NCBI GenBank assembly: GCA_016432485.1
Contig: CP066691.1
Coordinates: 740,944 to 804,943 of the forward strand
Direction of reading: 5' to 3'
DNA: 64,000 nt
Source of the DNA: Candidatus Niyogibacteria bacterium
GTDB taxonomy: Bacteria > Patescibacteriota > Minisyncoccia > HO2-45-28
Below, piece after piece: positions 56,880 through 64,000 of the stretch (positions within the stretch are counted from its first letter, which is position 1; the number at the start of each line of letters is the position of its first letter). The position numbers were made by a program, and so were the translations under genes. The notes beneath the pieces are model-generated. The model was not told where the DNA came from. It did no database searches and saw only the letters and a program-made list of their open reading frames with translations.

Positions 56880-58298
56880 ATGAAATCGGTTTTTTTTATT
56901 TTATTTTTACTATTTTTACCGTTTTTGGCCGGCGCCCAAGTCATTATTAACGAAGTGGCTTGGATGGGGAATCAGACCTCGGCATCTGATGAATGGATGG
57001 AGCTTTATAATTCAGGAAGTTCGGCAGAAGATTTATCGGGCTGGATTTTAATTTCCGAGGATGGCGGTATGACTATAAATCTTCAGGGCAATATCTCGGC
57101 CGGCGCTTACTATTTAATTGAACGCACCGACGATACGACCGTTCCGGAAATTATGGCCGATTTAATTTCGCCTTTTGGCAACGGCCTTTCAAATTCCGGC
57201 GAGATTTTAATTTTGAAGAATTCTTCGGGTCAGGAAATTGACCGTGTTGACGCTTCGGCGGGCTGGCCCGCGGGCGATAATGCGACTAAAGAAACAATGC
57301 AGAAATCGGCGTCCGGCTGGATTACGGCTGCCCCTACCCCAAAATCAATTAATTCAGGGGCGGGGCAAGCGGTTGAAAGCAACGGAGATGCCGATCAAAG
57401 CCAAACCCCGGCTCCAGCCGAATCCGGTTCTGTAATGCCCCCGCCAGCCCCGCAAATAATTGCGGATGCCGGAGGAAAACGGATAGCAATCTCCGGAGCC
57501 ATGATAAAGTTCGAAGCCAAAGTCACGGGCCTTAAAGGCGAACCGTTAAAAGCCGATGATTATTTGTGGAATATGGGTGATGGCAGTATTAAACGCGGGC
57601 GGTTTGTTTATCACGTTTATAATTTTATCGGCGATTATAATATTGATTTGAGCGTTTCGGTCGGCGGTATTTCGGTGTCTGATCGCGCGACGGTAACAGT
57701 GGTGCCGAACGGCGTCGTTATTTCCGAGATAAAACCCGGCAATGGAGGGTGGGCGGAGATTTTTAACGATTCTAAATTTATCGTTGACCTTTCGCACTGG
57801 GGCATTTCCAACGGCAGTAAAGTCTTTTATTTTCCGGAAAACACCGCGATTCTTTCGCAGTCGCGCGTTGTCATAACCGAGACGGCTTCAAGTATCGTTT
57901 TTCCCGATTCCGGTTCGGCCGCCCTTCTATATCCCGACGGCAAAACGGCGCGCCAATTTGTTTACTCCGGGCATATTCAGGATGATGAAAGTTTTCATTA
58001 TGTCGGAGATGAAATAAAAATTGGCATTGAAAGTCCTGGTGAAAATAAATTTGTCGCGAGAGTGAGCTCCGGCAGTAAAAGCCGGGTTCTTAATATTAGT
58101 AATTCTTCTGTCTCGGAAGTCGCGCCTCCGAGTAAAAGTGATGAAGATAAGATTTCGATACCGGCGAATAAACAAACCGCTGCCGTTGGCGATTCGTCAT
58201 TTGCGGGTTCCTCGTTTTTTTGGTTCGTTATCGCTTTGGCAGTCGGAATTTTGTCCGCGGGCGGCTACTTATTCATAGTTCGACGCGGCTCGCCATGA
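56880..58298 (+). CDS. Surface protein with lamin-tail and PKD domains and a C-terminal TM
   Basis: Signal peptide, 'INEVAWMG...EWMELYN', 'LSNSGE', 'WNMGDG'. Confidence 0.8.
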   Translation: MKSVFFILFLLFLPFLAGAQVIINEVAWMGNQTSASDEWMELYNSGSSAEDLSGWILISEDGGMTINLQGNISAGAYYLIERTDDTTVPEIMADLISPFGNGLSNSGEILILKNSSGQEIDRVDASAGWPAGDNATKETMQKSASGWITAAPTPKSINSGAGQAVESNGDADQSQTPAPAESGSVMPPPAPQIIADAGGKRIAISGAMIKFEAKVTGLKGEPLKADDYLWNMGDGSIKRGRFVYHVYNFIGDYNIDLSVSVGGISVSDRATVTVVPNGVVISEIKPGNGGWAEIFNDSKFIVDLSHWGISNGSKVFYFPENTAILSQSRVVITETASSIVFPDSGSAALLYPDGKTARQFVYSGHIQDDESFHYVGDEIKIGIESPGENKFVARVSSGSKSRVLNISNSSVSEVAPPSKSDEDKISIPANKQTAAVGDSSFAGSSFFWFVIALAVGILSAGGYLFIVRRGSP

Positions 58299-59441
58299 AT
58301 AAAGCGCGATGGTTTTTTCCAGCATTTCCTGAATTGTAAATTCTTTCAATATTTTTTGTTTGGCGTTTAGCCCGAATTTCTCCCTTAATTTTTCGTCCGC
58401 CGCGAGTTTAAATACAGCTTCTGCCAGGGCGGAGGCGTTTTTTGGAGGCACAAGAAAACCGGTTTTGTCGTTCTCAACAATATCTTCGTTTCCGCCAATG
58501 TCCGAGGCAACTATGGGCAACTGCGCGAAAGAGGCCTCCATTAAAGCGTAAGGCAGCCCTTCTTTGAGCGAAGGAAAAACAAAAATATCAAAGGCCCTCA
58601 AATACAAATACGCATCGGGTATAAATCCGGAAAAGCGAATTTTTTCCGAAATGTTTTCTTTGGCCGCCAAAGTTTTTAAATTATTTAATTCTTCGCCGGA
58701 GCCGATAATATAAATCAAGAAATTAAAGCCCCTTTTATTCAGCGCTCCGCCGGCTTGAACGAGATAACGGAGTCCTTTATTTTTTGTTAATTCCGCCGTT
58801 GTTCCCAGAATTAGAGCGTTTGGCGGCAGGCCGAGCCTTCCGCGCGCCTCCTCACGAGTTAATAACTCCGCAATCGGAGAGAAACCGTTGTGAATCAGAT
58901 GTATTTTTTTGGCGCAAAACGGCAGCTTGCGCGCTCTTTCGTGATTATTTCTTGAGATTACGATGACTTCGCATGATAAGAGAAACGTTAGCCATGTGGC
59001 AATTAAAATAATAAAACGCGAAAGCGGATTTCTGTCTTCGTCATAAGCCAGACCGTGGGAGGTAAAAATTATATTTGGCGTCCCTGTCAGGCGAGCAGCC
59101 AGAGAACCTATGCCGCCGGCTTTTGAACTATTAAGATGAATTACGTCTGGTTTTTCGAAGCGGAACAATTTTAGAAGTTCAAAAAACGCTTTTAATTCTC
59201 GCACAAAAGAAATATCGCGCATAAAAGATTTTACGAATATTGTCCGTATTTCGTGTTCGCGGAGTTTTTGGGCAAACAATCCTTCCTTGGCGTCTTTTTC
59301 CCCAGAGCCTCCGAAAGCGACAACCACTTCAAAATTTTCTTTGGCGGCGACCGCTAAATTATAGACATATCTTTGAGCTCCGCCCCAGTTTGACTTGGTT
59401 ATTACAAAAAGTATTTTTTTAATTTTTTTACGATTGACCAT
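58269..59441 (-). CDS. GT4 glycosyltransferase
   Basis: GGAQRY, HLNSSKAG, PSLKEGLPYALMEA. Confidence 0.9.
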   Translation of the reverse strand: MVNRKKIKKILFVITKSNWGGAQRYVYNLAVAAKENFEVVVAFGGSGEKDAKEGLFAQKLREHEIRTIFVKSFMRDISFVRELKAFFELLKLFRFEKPDVIHLNSSKAGGIGSLAARLTGTPNIIFTSHGLAYDEDRNPLSRFIILIATWLTFLLSCEVIVISRNNHERARKLPFCAKKIHLIHNGFSPIAELLTREEARGRLGLPPNALILGTTAELTKNKGLRYLVQAGGALNKRGFNFLIYIIGSGEELNNLKTLAAKENISEKIRFSGFIPDAYLYLRAFDIFVFPSLKEGLPYALMEASFAQLPIVASDIGGNEDIVENDKTGFLVPPKNASALAEAVFKLAADEKLREKFGLNAKQKILKEFTIQEMLEKTIALYSWRAASNYE

Positions 59442-59471
59442 AAATAAATTTTATTATATAATAAGCTGAAA

Positions 59472-60650
59472 ATGCCTGAAAAGTCAAAAATTTTAATTTT
59501 TTCTACGGCCTATTTGCCGTTTATCGGTGGAGCGGAGCTGGCGATAAAAGAAATCACGGATCGCCTCGGAGGCGAATTTGATTTTATTTTATTTACCGCC
59601 CGTTTCAGCCGCGCTTTGCCCGCGCGAGAAAAAATCGGCGCGGTTGAAGTTCATCGTCTCGGATTCGGCCTGTCTTTTGATAAGTATCTTTTGCCCATTC
59701 TCGGCTATCTTAAAGCCAAAAAAATAATCAACCGCTATAAGCTAAAAGCTAAAAGCTATAATCTGTTGCTCTGGGGTATGATGGCCTCATTCGGCGGCAT
59801 TGCCGCGTATTTTTTAAAAAGAAAAAATCCTGATATAAAATTTTTACTGACTTTGCAGGAAGGAGACCCGGAAGAATATCTGACTTCGGGCCGTTTGGGC
59901 CTGATGGGTTTTTGGCTTAAAAAATTGGTTATGCTGGCCGATCAAATTCAGACGATCAGCCGCTACCTTAAAAATTTAGCCGTAAAAGCCGGCGCGTCCG
60001 CGGAAAAAACGCTGATTGTGTCCAATGGCGTGGATTTGGAAGTGTTCGGGCGCGAGTTTAGCGCGGAAGAACTCAAAGAGCTTAGATTGAAATGCGGCAT
60101 CGTTAGAACCAAAGACAAAATCGCGATTACCGCTTCTCGCCTGGTCCGTAAAAACGCCGTGGACATTTTAATAAAAGCCATGGTCGAAATTCCCGGTGAA
60201 TATCTGCTTATCGCGGGTCGAGGCGACTTGGAAAAAGAACTGAAAAAATTAACCTCGGATTTAAAAATAGAAAAAAGAGTGCGATTTTTGGGCAATGTGG
60301 GACACCGGGATTTGGCTAAGTACTACGCGATTTCGCATTTATTCGTGCGTCCGTCCCGTTCGGAGGGTTTGGGCTCGGCTTTTTTGGAAGCAATGGCGGC
60401 TGGGCTTCCGATAATCGGAACCAATGTCGGCGGTATCCCTGATTTTTTGCGAGACGGTTCAAACGGCCTTTTTTGTGAAATAGACGATCCTAAAGATCTC
60501 GCTTTCAAGATAAAAAGGATTTTTTACGACCAGGAATTCAGGAAAAAACTTTCCGAAAACGCCCTTAGAGACGCTCGCGAAAATTATTCATGGGACGCCG
60601 TCGCCACAAAAATGGGCGGAATTTTTTATCGTTTAATTCATACAAAATGA
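59472..60650 (+). CDS. GT4 glycosyltransferase
   Basis: GGAE, PSRSEGLGSAFLEAMA. Confidence 0.9.
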   Translation: MPEKSKILIFSTAYLPFIGGAELAIKEITDRLGGEFDFILFTARFSRALPAREKIGAVEVHRLGFGLSFDKYLLPILGYLKAKKIINRYKLKAKSYNLLLWGMMASFGGIAAYFLKRKNPDIKFLLTLQEGDPEEYLTSGRLGLMGFWLKKLVMLADQIQTISRYLKNLAVKAGASAEKTLIVSNGVDLEVFGREFSAEELKELRLKCGIVRTKDKIAITASRLVRKNAVDILIKAMVEIPGEYLLIAGRGDLEKELKKLTSDLKIEKRVRFLGNVGHRDLAKYYAISHLFVRPSRSEGLGSAFLEAMAAGLPIIGTNVGGIPDFLRDGSNGLFCEIDDPKDLAFKIKRIFYDQEFRKKLSENALRDARENYSWDAVATKMGGIFYRLIHTK

Positions 60651-61762
60651 AGATTTTAATCTCCACGCCTCTTTTTCCGCCCGACATCGGAGGTCCCGCG
60701 ACTTACAGCAAAGTTCTTGCTGAAGAATTTCCGAAATACGGCGTTAATGTTGAGGTTTTGTCTTTCGGTGGCGTTCGGCATCTGCCTAAAATAATTCGTC
60801 ACGCAGTTTATTTCTGCCGAGTTTTTTGGCGCGCGCGTAAGGCCGATATTATTTTTGCTCAAGACCCGGTTTCGGTCGGCTTTCCTTCGGCGCTTGCCTC
60901 AATGATTTTGCGAAAGCCGTTTATTTTGAAAGTGGTTGGTGATTACGCTTGGGAGCAGGGAGTCAATCGTTTCGGCGTCAAAGAACTGCTGGACGAATTT
61001 CTCAATACGCCACACGGCTGGCGTATTGAATTTTTGCGCCGGGTTGAGAGGTTTGTTGCGAATCGCGCCCGCGCGGTTATTGTGCCGAGCCGATATTTGA
61101 AATCGGTTGTTGAGAAATGGGGGATTGAATCCGGAAAAATTAAAGTAATTTATAATTCCGTTCAACTTCGATATATCGAAGTTGAAAAAGAAAAAGTTCG
61201 TAAAGAATCGGATTTGGCTGGAAAAATTTTAGTCAGCGTCGGCCGCCTTGTGCCGTGGAAAGGTTTTGAAATGCTGATTGGAATAATGCCGGAAATTTCA
61301 AAAAAATATCCGGACACGAAGTTATTAATAATCGGCTCCGGCCCCGAAGAAAGCGCGCTAAAAGCTAAAAGCTATCAGCTAAAAGCTAACGTGCAATTTT
61401 TAGGCAATTTGCCTCATGAGCAGGTCCTGAAATATTTGAGAGCAGCCGATATATTTTTATTAAACACTGGCTATGAGGGATTTTCGCATCAGATCCTGGA
61501 AGCTATGGTAGTCGGCGCTCCGATTATCAGCACGCATTCGGGGGGCAATCGCGAGATTCTCAAAGATCGCGAAAATTCCATAGTGGTGGGTTATAATGAC
61601 AAAGAAGCGTGGGTACGGGCAATTTTCGAACTTTTTGAAAACTCGAGTTTGTATTCCGGTATTTTGCAAAATTCCAAAATAGATATCGCGCGTTTTTCCG
61701 GTCAAAACATGATTGAAGAAACATTAAAAGTTTTAAAATATATCCCTAATTCGCGCGAATAA
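60647..61762 (+). CDS. GT4 glycosyltransferase (ATG 60647)
   Basis: PPDIGGPATY, GRLVPWKG, YEGFSHQILEAM. Confidence 0.9.
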   Translation: MKILISTPLFPPDIGGPATYSKVLAEEFPKYGVNVEVLSFGGVRHLPKIIRHAVYFCRVFWRARKADIIFAQDPVSVGFPSALASMILRKPFILKVVGDYAWEQGVNRFGVKELLDEFLNTPHGWRIEFLRRVERFVANRARAVIVPSRYLKSVVEKWGIESGKIKVIYNSVQLRYIEVEKEKVRKESDLAGKILVSVGRLVPWKGFEMLIGIMPEISKKYPDTKLLIIGSGPEESALKAKSYQLKANVQFLGNLPHEQVLKYLRAADIFLLNTGYEGFSHQILEAMVVGAPIISTHSGGNREILKDRENSIVVGYNDKEAWVRAIFELFENSSLYSGILQNSKIDIARFSGQNMIEETLKVLKYIPNSRE

Positions 61763-61780
61763 GAGAATAGTTTGAAAAAC

Positions 61781-63493
61781 ATGAATTCCGAAACCAAAAC
61801 CTGTCAGAGTTGTAAATCCGACTTCGTCGTTGAATCCGATGATTTTGAGTTTTACGAAAAAATAAAAGTTCCGGCGCCGACTTGGTGTCCCAAATGCCGG
61901 CTTCAGAGGCGACTATCATTTTGGAATCTAGTAAATTTACACAAAAGAAAATGTGATTTATGCGGCAAAGACACAATTTCTAATATCTCGCCAGATAAGC
62001 CCTTTAAAGTTTATTGCCCCGACTGCTGGTGGTCGGACAGGTGGGATGTTTATGAATACGGCCGTGATTACGATTTTTCTAAGCCATTTTTTGAACAATG
62101 GAGCGGGCTATTTCATGAGGCACCGCTTTTAGGGCTTGCTATTGATGTGGACATTGTCAAAGATTCGCCATACAACAATAATGCCGGACATTTAAAAAAC
62201 TGTTATCTTCTTTTTCACGCCGTTTATAACAAAGATTCGGCATACGGAGCTGTTCTGGTGTATAACGAATCGGTCATGGATTGTGCTTTTATGCACACAA
62301 ATGAACTTCTTTACGACTGCATGCATCACCACAAATGCAGTAAATGCGCCGGCTCCAGGTGGCAGGCCATAGAGTCCAGAGAGTGTTTCTTTTGTCGCGA
62401 TATTATAAATTGTCATAATTGTTTTGCCTCTGCCAATTTACGGAACAAAAAATACTATATTTTTAATAAATCTTATTCAAAAGAGGATTATTTTAAGGAA
62501 ATCGCTAAATATGACCTCGGTTCTTATAAGACCTATCAAGAAATCAAAAAACTTGCCGAAGAACACTGGAGGAAGTTTCCTCCAAGACCCAAATATGACA
62601 ACTTTTCTGTGAATTCAACCGGTGATTTTGTTTTTTACTCCAAAAACTGTAAAGAATGTTTTGAGGTGGTAGATACAGAAGATTCTAAATTCATGTTTTT
62701 AGTGTCAGATGGACCCGTTCGAGATTGTTATGATATTTCGGCCAGCTGGGGGAACAATTTTTCCCTATCTTATGAATCAGTTATATCCGGAAATCATACT
62801 TCTGGTGTCCGGTTTTGCCAGGGGGTTGGTATGGGAATACAAAATGCGGAGTATTCTCACCATTCCTTGTTAAAAGGCTCAAACCATTTTGGATGCGTTT
62901 CAATGAAGGGCGGAGATTATGTCATTCTAAATAAACGTTATTCTAAAAATGAATTTGAAAAGTTGCGCGGAGAGGTAATTAAACATATGGATGATATGCC
63001 ATATATAGATAAAAAGGGAAGAGTGTATAAATATGGAGAATTCTTCCCGCCGGAATTGTCCGTCTTTGGTTATAACGAAACAATTGCCCAAAGCGCCTTC
63101 CCCCTTGCAAAAAAAGAAGCTGAAGAACAGGGTTATCGGTGGCGAGACGAGGACAAAAAAGAATATAAAACGACCAAGAAGGTGTCTGACATCCCCGACC
63201 ATATTAAAAACGCGGGGGATGATATTTTGCAGGAAATTATTGAATGTCAGAAATGCGCCAAGGGTTATAAAATCATTCCTATGGAGCTGAAATTTTTACG
63301 GGAGATGAACTTTCCCCTGCCGAGAGAGTGCCCCATTTGCCGGATTAATGAAAAATTTTCGTCTCACATTCGAGGTCTTCATATTTTAAAACGCAAATGT
63401 TCCAAGTGCGGCGCCGGTTTTGAAACCTCGCATCCGGAGGACGAAATACCCTATATTTTGTGCAAAGAATGTTATCAAGAATCGTTAGAATGA
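61781..63493 (+). CDS. Cys-rich multi-zinc-ribbon CPR-type hypothetical protein
   Basis: Many CxxC motifs; 'CPKCRLQRRL', 'GRDYDFSKPFFEQ', 'YGEFFP', 'YNETIAQ'. Confidence 0.75.
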   Translation: MNSETKTCQSCKSDFVVESDDFEFYEKIKVPAPTWCPKCRLQRRLSFWNLVNLHKRKCDLCGKDTISNISPDKPFKVYCPDCWWSDRWDVYEYGRDYDFSKPFFEQWSGLFHEAPLLGLAIDVDIVKDSPYNNNAGHLKNCYLLFHAVYNKDSAYGAVLVYNESVMDCAFMHTNELLYDCMHHHKCSKCAGSRWQAIESRECFFCRDIINCHNCFASANLRNKKYYIFNKSYSKEDYFKEIAKYDLGSYKTYQEIKKLAEEHWRKFPPRPKYDNFSVNSTGDFVFYSKNCKECFEVVDTEDSKFMFLVSDGPVRDCYDISASWGNNFSLSYESVISGNHTSGVRFCQGVGMGIQNAEYSHHSLLKGSNHFGCVSMKGGDYVILNKRYSKNEFEKLRGEVIKHMDDMPYIDKKGRVYKYGEFFPPELSVFGYNETIAQSAFPLAKKEAEEQGYRWRDEDKKEYKTTKKVSDIPDHIKNAGDDILQEIIECQKCAKGYKIIPMELKFLREMNFPLPRECPICRINEKFSSHIRGLHILKRKCSKCGAGFETSHPEDEIPYILCKECYQESLE

Positions 63494-63542
63494 AACACAC
63501 CCCTTATTCGCACGAATAAGGGAATGGTTTAAAACTTAGAAT

Positions 63543-63617
63543 ATGCATACATCATATGACCCCGCAAAGAAATTAGATGTTCGTTGCGAGGAATGCTATC
63601 TTAAAGAATTCGCATGA
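63543..63617 (+). pseudogene. Remnant C-terminus of a paralogue of the Cys-rich protein
   Basis: MHTSYDPAKKLDVRCEECYLKEFA* aligns with FETSHPEDEIPYILCKECYQESLE*. Confidence 0.55.
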
Positions 63618-64000
63618 AAATTCTAATGTTTTCGGCTGATCCGACGATTTTGGATAAAGAGTCCTCGGCGTCAAGAAGGATGGTGGAATACGGCAGGCGC
63701 GTGGAGCGGCTTGATGTTTTGGTTTTGACCTCCCGCGCGGCGGTGAAGCAGTCGAGCGGAGGAGGGGTTGCGGGCAATGTTCTTGTGCGGGCGTTTACGG
63801 GGAAATTCATGCGTTTTCCGAAAGCGTTTTTTGCGGCATGGCGGGCGCTGAAGTCCGAAAAGTACGACTTGCTGACGGCGCAGGATATTGAGCACGCTTT
63901 TATTTGCCGGCTACTTTCTAAAAGTTTCAAAGTTAAATGGCAGATGCAGATTCACGCGGATATTTTCAGTCCATTTTTTACTAGACACTCGATGTTTAAT
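63614..64000 (+). CDS. GT4 glycosyltransferase, N-terminal part (runs off the window)
   Basis: MKILMFSADPTILDKESSASRRMVEYG...DLLTAQD...QIH. Confidence 0.7.
   Translation, partial: MKILMFSADPTILDKESSASRRMVEYGRRVERLDVLVLTSRAAVKQSSGGGVAGNVLVRAFTGKFMRFPKAFFAAWRALKSEKYDLLTAQDIEHAFICRLLSKSFKVKWQMQIHADIFSPFFTRHSMFN

Overview
Gene-dense chromosomal segment, most likely from a Patescibacteria/CPR (Parcubacteria-like) bacterium. This is inferred from gene content: a compact type IV pilus locus with comF, a PaaX/Cas2-like gene, paired VirD4-like ATPases, a single-chain PheRS, rplK without rplA, and apparently leaderless core genes. The genetic code is standard code 11. Housekeeping genes are recG, ligA, gatC/gatA, pyrH, pheS, gyrB, secE-nusG-rplK, tmk-thyA-folA, secDF and GT4 glycosyltransferases. 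There are seven tRNA genes and no rRNA, CRISPR array, integrase, transposase or reverse transcriptase. The most striking signals lie outside the ORF track. (1) A complete tRNA-Ser(GCU) is nested inside a 159-nt anticodon insertion of a second tRNA-Ser. (2) A GIY-YIG gene has terminal inverted repeats and a duplication of the tRNA-Arg 5' end. (3) A PaaX/Cas2-like gene sits between perfect 24-bp inverted repeats. (4) Two DGR-target-like genes have no RT or template repeat in the window, and one lies in an islet bounded by a duplicated pheS 3' end. (5) Many palindromic micro-insertions occur, several with target duplications and some in frame inside essential genes. Together these suggest an integrase-free 'micro-mobilome'. 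All family calls come from motif recognition by eye; no searches were run.
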